Assembly (NCBI GenBank): GCA_964291625.2
Contig: OZ220090.1
Coordinates: forward strand, 544,001 to 608,000
Direction of reading: 5' to 3'
Source of the DNA: Candidatus Latescibacterota bacterium
GTDB taxonomy: Bacteria > Latescibacterota > UBA2968 > UBA8231
Length of the DNA stretch: 64,000 nt
Shown here: piece after piece, positions 18,426 through 28,566 of the stretch
Layout of the letters: every line of letters starts with the position of its first letter
Position numbering within the stretch: position 1 is the stretch's first letter
The notes under the pieces: generated by a model
The model's input: only the letters and a program-made list of their open reading frames with translations
Database searches by the model: none
Told to the model about the DNA's origin: nothing
Made by a program: the position numbers and the translations under genes

Positions 18426-19832
18426 TTACATCGGTCCCGCCCAGCGCCAGTAGAGCACGTTGAGCGGTGCCAGCAGGAGCAGGGACAGGGAGGAGACCAG
18501 GAACATGGCCGCCGCCAGTTGCCTCGGAGTCAGGGCGCCATACGCGAGGACGACCATGAACGGCGCCGACTGGTAGGGGAGGAAGGCAACCGTCGTCGCC
18601 ATGGCCACGCTCAGGGCGCTGGCCAGCGGGTCGAGGCCGGCCGCCGCCCCCGCCTCGAGGAGGCTCGGAGTGGCCACGGCGCCCACGGCGGCGATATCCA
18701 TCAGGAAATCGAGGGGCACGGCCGCCGCGGTCAGCATCAGGTGCGGATCGAGCCATCCTTCACCCACCTTCCCGAGGTGGACGGCTGCGCCGGCCAGGGC
18801 GCGCTGGCTGAAGCCCGTCCCGTCGAGGACGGCGCCGATCCCGAAGAGCGCCGCCAGGTAGAAGAAGAAGGGGTAGTCCACCTGACGCAGGCGCTCCGGC
18901 GCGAGGGCGCCCACGCCGGGGGTGACGGCCAGCAGGACGATGGCGAGGCCGACGAGGACCGGCGGGAAACCGTGGACCACGTCGCTGGCCCACAGGCCGA
19001 CGCCAAGGAGCATCAGGAAGGCCGTGCGGCGCTGATTTGCCCCGGCGCCGGGGTGCGGGACCGGGCGTCGCTCGCCGAAGGGCCGCAGCCGGCGCCCCCA
19101 GATCACCCAGATCACCGCCGCGCACAGGAGCGTGCGCAGGGCGCCCATGACGGGGAACATCCACAGCAGCCACTCGCCCCAGTAGACGACCCGTCCGGTG
19201 ACCGCCTCGAGCTGGCCTGCCACGACGAGGTTCGGCACGGTGCCGGTGAGAATGCCAGCGCCGCCGTAGTAGGTACCGAACACAATCGACAGGATCACCA
19301 CGGGAGGCAGGGCGGGATCCTCGCCGTCGGGATCGAGGGCGAGGATCAGGGCCGTCCCCACTGGCATCAGCAGCAGCACGCGTACCACGCCGGAGGGGAC
19401 CAGGAAGGCCGCCAACAGACCCAGGCCATGGAGACCGAGGAGCAGGCGCGCCCGGCCTCCGGCGAGCAGCGGAAGGGCGGCCCGGGCCAGGCGATCCCCC
19501 AGGCCGCTCTCGGAGACCATCAGACTGAGGACCATCCCGGAGAACACCAGCCAGATGGTGGAACCGGCGAAGGGCGCGAAGGTCCGGCCGAAGTCGACCA
19601 GTCCGCTCACCGGCAGCAGTACCAGCACGACGAGGGAGGTCCAGGAGATGGGGACGGGCTGGGCAGTCCACAGGAGCAGAGCGAAGAGGCTGATCCCGAG
19701 GGCCCGCTGCTGCTCTGCCGGCAGCCACGGCAGGGGCGCGAGGAATCCCGCCGCCAGGAGGACCGCGGCGGCGGCGCCGACCCGGCGGGCGGTCGTTGTC
19801 CGAGGCGCGCCAGCCGCCGGGGTGGATCCCAT
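18426..19832 (-). CDS. SLC13/DASS family anion transporter
   Basis: Hydrophobic; IWLVFSG, PSGVVR, LTGTVPNL, LPYQSAP motifs. Confidence 0.85.
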   Translation of the reverse strand: MGSTPAAGAPRTTTARRVGAAAAVLLAAGFLAPLPWLPAEQQRALGISLFALLLWTAQPVPISWTSLVVLVLLPVSGLVDFGRTFAPFAGSTIWLVFSGMVLSLMVSESGLGDRLARAALPLLAGGRARLLLGLHGLGLLAAFLVPSGVVRVLLLMPVGTALILALDPDGEDPALPPVVILSIVFGTYYGGAGILTGTVPNLVVAGQLEAVTGRVVYWGEWLLWMFPVMGALRTLLCAAVIWVIWGRRLRPFGERRPVPHPGAGANQRRTAFLMLLGVGLWASDVVHGFPPVLVGLAIVLLAVTPGVGALAPERLRQVDYPFFFYLAALFGIGAVLDGTGFSQRALAGAAVHLGKVGEGWLDPHLMLTAAAVPLDFLMDIAAVGAVATPSLLEAGAAAGLDPLASALSVAMATTVAFLPYQSAPFMVVLAYGALTPRQLAAAMFLVSSLSLLLLAPLNVLYWRWAGPM

Positions 19833-19836
19833 CGGG

Positions 19837-21132
19837 TCAGTCCAGGGCGAACAGACTGAGGGCCGGGACGTAGGTGATGACCAGCAGGCAGGCCAGCAGG
19901 ATCAGGAGGAAGGGCAGGGAGGCCCGGTAGAGCTGGAGGATGGGCCGCTCCAGGCGGGCGCTGGCGATGAACAGGTTCAGCCCCACAGGCGGGGTCGAGT
20001 AGCCGATCTCCAGGTTGGCGAGGAAGATGATCCCGAGGTGCACGGGATGGATGTCGTAGGCCGCCGCCACCGGCAGGATCAGGGGGACGACGACGACGAG
20101 GGCGGAGAACATGTCGATCATGCAGCCCACGGCGAGGAGGAACAGGTTCAACAGAACGAGGAAGAGCAACCGGCTCTCGATCCCCCCCTGGAGCGTCGCC
20201 AGCAGACGGGTGGGGATCTCGGCGTCGATCAGGAAGGAGGTGTAGGCCATGGACGAGGCCAGGATCAGGTAGATCCCTCCCACGAGGACCATGGTCTCGC
20301 GGATGATGCCCGGCAGCTGGGAGAGCCGGATCTCCCTGCGCAGGACCATCTCCACGACCAGCACGTACATGGCGCTCAAGGCGGCGGCCTCGCTGACGGC
20401 GATGAACCCCGAGTAGATGCCGGTGATCACGGCGACGGGCAGGAGAAGCTCCCAGACCGCCTCTACGCAGGCGGAAACAACCCTTCCACCGGACCTCTCC
20501 GGAGGATCCCCCGGGGTCCCGGCCGGGCGCTCCGGGAAGGAGGTGCGGTTGACGCGGCGCCCGACGAAGAAGCCATACCCGGCCAGAGCCAGGACCAGGA
20601 GCATGCCGGGGGCGATGCCGGCGACGAACAACTCGTCGATCGGCGTCTCCGAGACGATTCCGTAGAGGATCAGGGGGATGCTCGGAGGAAAGAGCAGGCC
20701 CAGGCTCCCGGAGGTGGTGAGCAACCCGAGGGAGAAGGACTCGGGGTAGCGGGCCTGTTGCAGGGCGGGGAAGAGCAGTCCGCCCACGGCGACGATGGTC
20801 ATTCCCGAGGCGCCGGTGAAGGCGGTGAGGAGGGCGCACACCGACAGGGCCATGATCGCCAGCCCCCCGGGCAGCCACCACAGAAGCGCCTCCGACAGCC
20901 GCACGAGGCGGCGGGCGGCTCCGCTCTCGGCGAGCAGGAACCCGCTGAAGGCGAAGAGGGGGATCGCCGTCAGGGCCGGCTCGTCGGCCAGCCGGTACAT
21001 CTCGATGAACAGCACGGTGAGGTCGACGCCGTCGGAGGCGAACACCACGAGAGCGAGGACGGCGATGATCACGAAGAGGGGCGTCCCGACCGTGGCCAGC
21101 AGGAGTCCCGTCAGAGTGGTGAGGAGGGACAC
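19837..21132 (-). CDS. dctM: TRAP transporter large permease
   Basis: AIPLF, GLLFPPSIPLILYG, HPVHLGIIF, TPPVGLNLF. Confidence 0.95.
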   Translation of the reverse strand: MSLLTTLTGLLLATVGTPLFVIIAVLALVVFASDGVDLTVLFIEMYRLADEPALTAIPLFAFSGFLLAESGAARRLVRLSEALLWWLPGGLAIMALSVCALLTAFTGASGMTIVAVGGLLFPALQQARYPESFSLGLLTTSGSLGLLFPPSIPLILYGIVSETPIDELFVAGIAPGMLLVLALAGYGFFVGRRVNRTSFPERPAGTPGDPPERSGGRVVSACVEAVWELLLPVAVITGIYSGFIAVSEAAALSAMYVLVVEMVLRREIRLSQLPGIIRETMVLVGGIYLILASSMAYTSFLIDAEIPTRLLATLQGGIESRLLFLVLLNLFLLAVGCMIDMFSALVVVVPLILPVAAAYDIHPVHLGIIFLANLEIGYSTPPVGLNLFIASARLERPILQLYRASLPFLLILLACLLVITYVPALSLFALD

Positions 21133-21133
21133 G

Positions 21134-21616
21134 TCAGGCCCCGCTCCGCACCCGGCGCCAGCCGTTGATCAGGAAGCGCAGGGCCATGCCGGCGAAGACG
21201 GCGGGGAAGACGAGCTGGGCGACCCAGGCCGGCACGCCGGGGAAGGCCTCGGCCCCGTAGGCGCGTTCATCGAGGACGAATCGCAGGGCGACAGGGGCCA
21301 GGATCCCGCAGAGGGCGGCAGCCACCAGGTCACCGCAGGCCGCCACCCGGGGCCGCCAGCGCGGGGGCACCAGACGCAGGACCGCGTCGATGCGGATGTG
21401 CCGGTCCTGTCGGGTGGCGACCAAGGCCCCCAGGAAGCTCGACCACAGAACGAGATGGCGCAGCAGCGGGTCTGCCCAGAACCAGGTGACCTGGAACAGG
21501 TTGCGCATGAGGATCTGGGCGAAAGCGAGACACAGTAGACAGCCCACGAGGGCGACGAGAGCGACCTCCTCGGGGCGCCGGTAGAGGGGGGGGCGAGTTG
21601 GTTCGGCGGTCTTCAT
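21134..21616 (-). CDS. dctQ: TRAP transporter small permease
   Basis: Four TM segments, WADPLLRHLVLW, HIRID. Confidence 0.9.
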   Translation of the reverse strand: MKTAEPTRPPLYRRPEEVALVALVGCLLCLAFAQILMRNLFQVTWFWADPLLRHLVLWSSFLGALVATRQDRHIRIDAVLRLVPPRWRPRVAACGDLVAAALCGILAPVALRFVLDERAYGAEAFPGVPAWVAQLVFPAVFAGMALRFLINGWRRVRSGA

Positions 21617-22662
21617 CCTCCGTCCCGGCGCCCGCGGAAGTCACCGAGATGCCGCAGGATCCGCTCGTACACCGGGGCCGAGAAGGCGCGTCCGACGAGC
21701 TCGGGGCGCGACTCCTCCACCAGGGACCGGAAGGAAGCGACATCCGCCTCCGTCGGGACGACGGGCTGAAGCCCTTCGGCCCGCATGATCCGCAGGGCCT
21801 CCTCGTTGTCGCCGCGGCCTCTCAGATTGTGCTCGCCGATCCGGGTGGCCGCGACCCGGGTGAGGAGCTCCTGGTGTTCGGCGGATAGACGATCGTAGTA
21901 CTTCCGGTGGACCACGAAGGCGCCGAGGGTGTAGTTGATCGGCAACTCGGTGTAGTAGCCGACCCTGGTGAACCACTGCAGGATGATCGCCGCCGCCGGC
22001 GAGGCATAGACCACGTCCACGAGGTTGGTCTGCAAGCCGAGGAGCACGTCCGGAATCGCCAGGGGAACCGAGGTGACCCCCGCCTTCTCGAAGAGGACCT
22101 CGGTGATCGGCTCGCCCTGCAGCCTCCAGATCTTGAGACCTTGGAGGTCGCCCGTTCCGCGCACCGGATCCTTCGACAGCAAGTGGACGAAGCCGATGTC
22201 GGCCCACCCGAGGAGCACGAATCCCTGGTCGAGGAAGAGAGCCTTGAACTCCTGCTCCGTCTGTGCGAGCACGTAGTCGATCTCGTCGTATCCGCCGAAG
22301 AGGAAGGGCATCTCCAGGGCCAGCACCTCCCGGCACACGCGGCTGACGCCGGTGCCTCCGAGGGCGGCCCCCTGAAGCTGGCCGATCCGAATCTTGCGCA
22401 GCATCACATCCTCGTCGCCCTGCACTCCCCCCGGGTAGATCCGCAGCTTGAGGGCACCGTCGGTGGCGGCCCTCAGGTCCGCGTCCATCTCCCGCAGCGC
22501 CCGGGCCCAGCCGCTGCCCTCGGGTGCGAGGGTGGAGATCTTCAGGACCGTGTCCGCCGACGCCGGGTCGGGGGCCCAGATGGCCAGTGCCACTCCGGCG
22601 CCGAGAACGGTCAGAAACCCTCGCAGAGGCGGAATCCGGGCGGCGGCTTCAGAAGTATTCAT
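21613..22662 (-). CDS. dctP: TRAP substrate-binding protein (TatP-type)
   Basis: LKISTLAPEGSGW, YPGGVQGDE, LRKIRIGQL; signal peptide; start placed at ATG 22662. Confidence 0.9.
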   Translation of the reverse strand: MNTSEAAARIPPLRGFLTVLGAGVALAIWAPDPASADTVLKISTLAPEGSGWARALREMDADLRAATDGALKLRIYPGGVQGDEDVMLRKIRIGQLQGAALGGTGVSRVCREVLALEMPFLFGGYDEIDYVLAQTEQEFKALFLDQGFVLLGWADIGFVHLLSKDPVRGTGDLQGLKIWRLQGEPITEVLFEKAGVTSVPLAIPDVLLGLQTNLVDVVYASPAAAIILQWFTRVGYYTELPINYTLGAFVVHRKYYDRLSAEHQELLTRVAATRIGEHNLRGRGDNEEALRIMRAEGLQPVVPTEADVASFRSLVEESRPELVGRAFSAPVYERILRHLGDFRGRRDGG

Positions 22663-23521
22663 CGATCTCATCCAGAAGGAGTCGGGCCTGCCGCTGGGCA
22701 GCGGCGTTCTGCAGGGTGAGCTCCGGTACCGCATCTACGGGGCGCGCGAGTACCTCGCGCAGCAACTCTTCGTAGAGCTGGCGGTCGAAGACCTGGCGCG
22801 CGTAGTAACGGGCCTTCTGCACCAGCACGGACAGGTCCTTCCCCCCGCTGAGGTCGAGGGCCCGGTCGAAGTGCCGGAGCGAGCGGTCCGGATCCCCGCC
22901 GAGCATCCGGGGCAACGCCCCGAAGTAGACGCCGAGGAAGACGTGGGGACCTCCCCCCTGGAAGCCTTCGTCGTGCTCGAGGACCCACTCCATCATGTAG
23001 ATGACGCGTGGAAGCTGGGCGAGTGCCGGCATCGACTGCAGATTGGTGCTCACCCACCCGCCCCAGGCACTCGCCGTCCAGAAAACCCATGGCAGGTCGT
23101 CCTCCTTCAGGTGCCGCTCCACCTGGGCGAACTCGCCGAAGGAAGCCTCCCGGAGTCCTTTCAGCGCCGGTCTGCGGGCGACGAGACCATCCCATCCATA
23201 GTCCCTGGCGCGGCGGTACAGGCGCCGCGCCCGAGACGCGTCCTCATGCTCGATCAGAACGGCATAGGCGGTGTATCCCTCGGCCGCCGCCAGCAGAAGG
23301 TCGTCGTCCTGCGGGTCGGACTCGAGGAGACCTTCGAGGAGCACCAGAAAGGTGGGTACCGCCTGCGCCACCAGTTCGATGTCGTCATGGCGGGCCGAGG
23401 CCGAGGCCACGTCTTCCGTCAGGTTGCCGATGGCGGCGGACCGGAGGTATCCGCACGAGGAGGCGATACCCCAGATGCAGAGGAAGAGGGCGCGGAGCGG
23501 GAGTCGCGCCGCCAGGCGCAT
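22649..23521 (-). CDS. tatT: TRAP transporter T-component (TatT) TPR lipoprotein
   Basis: Lipobox ASSC, LLEGLL, GGDP..HFDRAL, ENAAAQRQA-type C-terminus, directly upstream of dctP. Confidence 0.85.
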   Translation of the reverse strand: MRLAARLPLRALFLCIWGIASSCGYLRSAAIGNLTEDVASASARHDDIELVAQAVPTFLVLLEGLLESDPQDDDLLLAAAEGYTAYAVLIEHEDASRARRLYRRARDYGWDGLVARRPALKGLREASFGEFAQVERHLKEDDLPWVFWTASAWGGWVSTNLQSMPALAQLPRVIYMMEWVLEHDEGFQGGGPHVFLGVYFGALPRMLGGDPDRSLRHFDRALDLSGGKDLSVLVQKARYYARQVFDRQLYEELLREVLARPVDAVPELTLQNAAAQRQARLLLDEIDEYF

Positions 23522-23604
23522 GATCCGATCTCTGCGGAAGGGGGAGCGGGAGGAAGGGGGGAGGGGCCCGCGGGTACTCGGCCCTCCATGCCTGGTGAGG
23601 ACAA

Positions 23605-23634
23605 CTAATATCACTCGTGCCGAATGATCGTCAA
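23605..23634 (-). promoter_or_regulatory. Possible sigma70 promoter for the tatT operon
   Basis: TTGACG-18 bp-TATTAG with upstream TG, on the minus strand. Confidence 0.4.
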
Positions 23635-24671
23635 GGAGCCGGCGCCTCCGCCTGAGCCGGTTGGTGGCGCTGCTGCACACAGCTCCACGGATCATCCGTA
23701 TGGGCGCACGCGGCCAGGGCGGCCACCGCCGCCGGCAGCTCCCCCCGGAAGCGCGCGAGGACCGCCTCGAAGTCCGCCGACCGGCTGTGATAGCGCCGGT
23801 ACGACAGCAGGAGCGCGTTGTTCGGCTCCCAGTCGAGGAATCCATCGTATCCCCTGCCGAAGTCGGCTCGGGCCTTGCGGAAGTCTCGCCGGGCCTGCCG
23901 GAAGATCACCCGTCGCTTCCGGAGGACCTCGTCCTTGCCGGAACCGCTGGTGTACAGGCTGTCCAGGCGCGACGCCACGCCTCGGACGAACCCGGTGAAC
24001 CGGTCCGCCTGCCGCCGCCGCAGCAGCGCCCGACGGACCTGGGCGGAGGTGGATCCGTGCCGCTCCGCGAGATACTGCAAGGCGCCGGCACGTCCGACGA
24101 AGGTGGCTGCGCTCTCGTTGTAGTCGGCGTGGCCCTCGGCGTAGATGTCGGAGTGGGTCAGCTCGTGGAGGATCAGCTCCGCAAGGCGGTCCTCGGAATA
24201 CCCCGCCATGGTGCTCAGCACCGGATCCTCGAGATAGCCGAGGGTGCTGTAGGCCGACACGGGCCGCAGGATGGCGTCAAACCCCTCGGCGCGCAGCCGG
24301 TCTCGTTCGGCGGCGGCGAGGCCCCCGTCGAAGTAACCCTTGTACGGCAGCTCGCCCACGATCGGAAACCACCACAGGAACGGCTCGAACCGGTGGGCCG
24401 GAGAGGCGGAGACGTTCCAGGCCACGGGGCCGCCCCCCGTGTCGAAGTAGCGGGTGTACCCCCTGGAGGCGGTCAGTCCGACGCGCTCGCGGCCGAAGCG
24501 GCGCACCTCCTCGACGCGTTCGAGGACCTTCCGGACCTCGACGGGAGTCGATGGCTCGGCCAGGAGCTCGTCCACCGCCTGGCCATGCAGCAGAATCCGC
24601 CCCTGGCCGTGGGCGAGATGCAGGTAGTACTCGAGCTCGCCGCAGGCCGCCAGCAGCGGCAGCAGGGCCAT
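23631..24671 (-). CDS. Predicted zinc aminopeptidase lipoprotein (DUF2265-like)
   Basis: Lipobox LAAC, FPIVG..PYKGYF, AYSTLG, HELTH...NES zincin motif, NNA; start approximate. Confidence 0.85.
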   Translation of the reverse strand: MALLPLLAACGELEYYLHLAHGQGRILLHGQAVDELLAEPSTPVEVRKVLERVEEVRRFGRERVGLTASRGYTRYFDTGGGPVAWNVSASPAHRFEPFLWWFPIVGELPYKGYFDGGLAAAERDRLRAEGFDAILRPVSAYSTLGYLEDPVLSTMAGYSEDRLAELILHELTHSDIYAEGHADYNESAATFVGRAGALQYLAERHGSTSAQVRRALLRRRQADRFTGFVRGVASRLDSLYTSGSGKDEVLRKRRVIFRQARRDFRKARADFGRGYDGFLDWEPNNALLLSYRRYHSRSADFEAVLARFRGELPAAVAALAACAHTDDPWSCVQQRHQPAQAEAPAP

Positions 24672-24856
24672 GAGGGCGATCCTTGAGCAGACGGAGAGGG
24701 AAGAAGGGGGACGCAACCCGAGGCCCGGCTTTTCCGATCGGCCCGGCCCGGCGGGGAAGCGGTGCGCCCTCCCCGAGCCGTGGGTCGGCGCGAGGGAAGG
24801 GGAGGTGGCCTCCTTGCGTGGATGGGCTCCGCGCAAGGCTGTGCCGCCCGGCAGCA

Positions 24857-25609
24857 CTACAGCCGCGTCCGAGCCTGCTCGAGCCCCTGCTGGGCGGCTA
24901 CTGACCGAGGATTGACGCGGAGAGCCTTTTCGTACTGGGCCGCCGCCTCCGGCCAGCTCGACTCCTCCGCGAACAGGGCGCCGAGCCCGAGGTAGGCGTC
25001 GAGGGCGTTGATGTTGCTTTCGATGGCGCGCTCGAAGGCCTGACGCGCGCCATCGGCGTCACCGGCCTTGGCCAGGGCCTTGCCGAGAAGGATGGAACTC
25101 TCCGAGTAGCCGGGGTTGGCCGCGACGGCGCGCTCGAAGCAGGCGATGGCACTGTCCGGACGGCCTTCCGCCTGGGCCAGCTCTCCAAGGCGGAGGAGGG
25201 CCAGGGGATGATCCGGCAGGGCACCGAGGGCCAGATCGAAGGCGGTCCGGGCGCGGCCCGGCCGACCCTGGGCAAGCCACTCGAGGCCGCTGTTGTAGTG
25301 GATGAAGAACAACTGGCCCCGGTACTGGCGGGCGAGTTGGGACAGCCCCTTCGCCTCGTAGACGGCGGCCAGCCCGTCGAGGGCCTCGACGCTCGAGCTG
25401 TCCTGGCCCAGGGCTCGTCGGAAGCCCTCGGTGGCCCGTTGGAGCCTGCCTTCGGACTGCTGGTGCCGTGCCCAGGCGAGCAACTCGGAAGTGCCGGCCT
25501 CCGCCGGCACTTCCTCCGGTGGACTGCAGGAGGCTGAAAGGCAACTGAAGACGAGGAAAGGGATGGCGCCCAGTGGCAGAACCCGGGAGTTCCTTCGGAG
25601 GGAGGTCAC
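24857..25609 (-). CDS. Tetratricopeptide-repeat lipoprotein
   Basis: Signal with SASC and multiple TPR repeats. Confidence 0.85.
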   Translation of the reverse strand: MTSLRRNSRVLPLGAIPFLVFSCLSASCSPPEEVPAEAGTSELLAWARHQQSEGRLQRATEGFRRALGQDSSSVEALDGLAAVYEAKGLSQLARQYRGQLFFIHYNSGLEWLAQGRPGRARTAFDLALGALPDHPLALLRLGELAQAEGRPDSAIACFERAVAANPGYSESSILLGKALAKAGDADGARQAFERAIESNINALDAYLGLGALFAEESSWPEAAAQYEKALRVNPRSVAAQQGLEQARTRL

Positions 25610-26094
25610 CGCTGCGGGGGGGGCACGACCTGGCCGTCGTAGATCACCTCGCCATTCCGGTCCAGGATCCGGCCGTCCTCGGTGAACTCGTACTTCATCG
25701 CCTGGCCAAGGGTGAGGTGCCGCCTCACCTCGTCCAGATCCCCGTACTTCTCTATGAGTTTCTCGATGGGCCCCTCGAACTCGGTGGCGTGGTACTTCGG
25801 CCGGTCTCTGTCACGCGCCTTCCGTTCCTCTGCGGTCATGATCGGCAGGCGCTCCGCAGCCGGCGTGGTGCGGCCACCCATGGCCTGCCGGCGGCGGTAC
25901 TGCTCGTGCCGCTTCTCGGACTCGGAGAGCATCTCCTCCGGCACCGCGCCAAGTCCCGCCCCGCGCTCGGCGGAGGCGCTCTCCTGGCGCTGCTGCGCCT
26001 CCTCGGCCTCACGGGCGAATCTCTCCTCGCGCTCCTGGTCCAGATCGATGTCCGTGCCGAGCTTGCGCAGCACGTTCTTCGCCGCTCTGTTCAT
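25606..26094 (-). CDS. Hypothetical charged protein (162 aa)
   Basis: Typical codon usage, overlaps the next gene by 4 nt, purine-rich upstream region. Confidence 0.7.
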   Translation of the reverse strand: MNRAAKNVLRKLGTDIDLDQEREERFAREAEEAQQRQESASAERGAGLGAVPEEMLSESEKRHEQYRRRQAMGGRTTPAAERLPIMTAEERKARDRDRPKYHATEFEGPIEKLIEKYGDLDEVRRHLTLGQAMKYEFTEDGRILDRNGEVIYDGQVVPPPQR

Positions 26095-26262
26095 CGCTCT
26101 CTGTTCTCCGTGGACGGGTGATCATTCACCCGCCCGGAAATATAGGCTCAGGTCTGTACCTCAGAAAGACGAGAAAGTGGACATGGCCCCATGGCCACCG
26201 CTAATTTACGCCGACAAGACGCCCGGATTCGGGCAGCCAGGCTTCGACACGGCGGGGTTTGA

Positions 26263-27282
26263 ATGGCGTTCTTTTCCAGGTTCTTCTCAAACGACATCGG
26301 CATCGATCTGGGCACGGCCAACACCCTGATCTACGTGAAGGGAGAGGGGATCGTGCTCAACGAGCCTTCCATCGTGGCTCGTCAGGTGATGACCAAGAAG
26401 GTCATCGCCGTGGGCCACGAAGCGAAGGAGATGATGGGCCGCGAGAACTCGGAAATCGAGACGATCCGGCCTCTCAAGGACGGCGTCATCGCCGATTTCG
26501 AGGTCACCGAGGAGATGATCCGCGCCTTCATCCGGATGGGAATGAGGAACCGGCTGTTCGTGCGGCCCCGGATCGTCGTCTCCGTGCCTTCCGGCAGCAC
26601 CGAGGTCGAGAGACGCGCCGTCCGCAATTCCTGTGAACGCGTCGGAGCCCGCGAGGTTCATCTGGTGAGCGAGCCCATGGCGGCTGCCATCGGCATCGGA
26701 CTGCCCGTGGAGCAGGCCGTTGGATCGATGGTCATCGATGTCGGCGGCGGGACGACCGAAATCGCGGTCATCGCCCTTTCGGGAGTCGTCGCCGCCGAGT
26801 CGATCCGGGTCGCCGGCGACGAGATGGACCGGTCCATCGTCGAATGGGTCCGAAAGAAGTACAACCTGCTCATCGGCCCCCGGTACGCCGAGCAACTGAA
26901 GTTCGAGATCGGCTGCGCCATGCCGCTCGATCCCGAGGAGGAGGCGCCCGTCCGGGGCCGGGATCTCGTGGAGGCGATCCCGAAGATCCAGATCGTCGAC
27001 TCGCGGGAGATCCGCGAAGCCCTCGCCGATCCCGTATCCCAGATCGTCGCCGGGGTCCGCCGAGGGCTGGAACGCACGCCCCCCGAACTGGCGGCCGACA
27101 TTCTCGATCGGGGCATGGTCCTGTCGGGCGGCGGCAGCAAGCTGCGCGGCCTGCGGGAGCGCCTGATCGAGGCCACCAGCCTGCCCACCTACCTCGACGA
27201 CGAGGATCCGCTGTCGGCCGTGGTGCGCGGAAACGCCCGAGTCCTCGACGAATTCGAGCGGTATCAGAAGGTCCTCTACTGA
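26263..27282 (+). CDS. mreB: Rod shape-determining protein MreB
   Basis: DLGTANT, RPLKDGVIADF, DVGGGTTE, TPPELAADI. Confidence 0.97.
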   Translation: MAFFSRFFSNDIGIDLGTANTLIYVKGEGIVLNEPSIVARQVMTKKVIAVGHEAKEMMGRENSEIETIRPLKDGVIADFEVTEEMIRAFIRMGMRNRLFVRPRIVVSVPSGSTEVERRAVRNSCERVGAREVHLVSEPMAAAIGIGLPVEQAVGSMVIDVGGGTTEIAVIALSGVVAAESIRVAGDEMDRSIVEWVRKKYNLLIGPRYAEQLKFEIGCAMPLDPEEEAPVRGRDLVEAIPKIQIVDSREIREALADPVSQIVAGVRRGLERTPPELAADILDRGMVLSGGGSKLRGLRERLIEATSLPTYLDDEDPLSAVVRGNARVLDEFERYQKVLY

Positions 27283-27291
27283 GCGTCGTTC

Positions 27292-28074
27292 GTGCTCCAG
27301 CGCCGTCGTGAGTACGTCTGTCTCGGCCTGGTGGTGCTGGCGGCCCTGATGTTGCTGGCTGCGCCTTCCGCCCAACAGGAAAGTCTCGCCCGCAGGCTGC
27401 GCGCGGTATCTTGGGAAACGGGGCAGTGGATCTTCTCCCGCGTGATCAGCTTCGCCCGGAACCAGCAGCACTCGAGGCACCTCCTCACGCAGAACGTGCA
27501 GCTCGCCCTGGAGAACATGCGACTGCGCGAATCGGCCGAGGAAACCCTCCGCCTGCGGACGGCCCTGGAGTTCCGGGAGCGCAGCCGGATGGGGGACCTG
27601 ACGCCCGCCGAGGTGATCGGCCGGGATCCGGACCAGGGGTTCGGGATCCTGATGGTCAACGGCGGGAGGGACCTGGGCTTGCGGGAGAACTGGCCGGTGG
27701 TCACCACGGAGGGTCTTGTCGGCCACCTCCAGCAGGTCGACGCCCACAGTTCGGTCGTGCGCCTGATCCTCGATGCGAGAGTCGCTGCCCTGGTACACGG
27801 CAGCCGGGCCCAGGGCATCGTCTCCCCTCTCCAGGACAACCTCTTCGAGCTCAGCTACGTGGAAGCGAGCAAGGAGGTGTCGACAGGTGACCGGGTCGTG
27901 TCATCCGGCATGGGCGGGCGGTATCCGAAGGGGATCACCATCGGTCGCGTCACCCAGGTCAGCAGGCGGGAGGACAACCCCCTCTTCAAGCAGATCGTCC
28001 TGCAGTCGGATGTCGATTTCCGGGGTCTGGAGGAGGTCTTCATTCTCCGCCCCCCTGACGAGGAGGACCGTTGA
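27292..28074 (+). CDS. mreC: Rod shape-determining protein MreC
   Basis: N-terminal TM, coiled coil, AEVIGRD, SGMGGRYPKGI, LEEV. Confidence 0.93.
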   Translation: MLQRRREYVCLGLVVLAALMLLAAPSAQQESLARRLRAVSWETGQWIFSRVISFARNQQHSRHLLTQNVQLALENMRLRESAEETLRLRTALEFRERSRMGDLTPAEVIGRDPDQGFGILMVNGGRDLGLRENWPVVTTEGLVGHLQQVDAHSSVVRLILDARVAALVHGSRAQGIVSPLQDNLFELSYVEASKEVSTGDRVVSSGMGGRYPKGITIGRVTQVSRREDNPLFKQIVLQSDVDFRGLEEVFILRPPDEEDR

Positions 28075-28099
28075 CAACCCCCGGGGTGGTGGTTATTAT
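28071..28099 (+). promoter_or_regulatory. Sigma70 promoter for the HU-bS22-tRNA cluster
   Basis: TTGACA (28071)-17 bp-TATTAT (28094). Confidence 0.75.
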
Positions 28100-28233
28100 G
28101 GCAGGGCTGTCAAGTGCGCGTAAGCGTCTGGCGCACAAGCGGAAGCGCCGAGCCGAGCCGGCCCCGGCAGGGCGCTCGAAGGCGGGGCTGCAGCCGGCCG
28201 GGGCAATCGACCGTGAACGAGAGGGGGGCGGCC

Positions 28234-28566
28234 TTGACCAAGGCAGATATCGTCCGCCGGATCGCCCAAGGCACGGGGCTGACGAAGACCGACACGGGCG
28301 CAGTCGTGGACGGCTTCATCGAAGCCGTGGTGGAGGCTCTCCAAAAGGGCGAGCACATCGAGATCCGGGGATTCGGTACCTTCAAATCGGTCAGCCGGGC
28401 CCCCCGGACGGGGCGCAATCCACGCACCGGCGCCGAGGTCCGGATCTCTCGCCGCAAGGCCCCCGTATTCAAACCATCCAAGGAACTGCGCGCTCGAGTC
28501 GGAGCCGACGGAAATCCAGAAGGAGCGGAAAAGGATGCCGTGTGGAAGGAAGAGAAAGCGGCATAA
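28234..28566 (+). CDS. hup: HU/IHF family DNA-binding protein
   Basis: TKADIV, IEIRGFGTF, RTGRNPRTG, FKPSKELR; TTG start after GAGGGGGG. Confidence 0.92.
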   Translation: MTKADIVRRIAQGTGLTKTDTGAVVDGFIEAVVEALQKGEHIEIRGFGTFKSVSRAPRTGRNPRTGAEVRISRRKAPVFKPSKELRARVGADGNPEGAEKDAVWKEEKAA

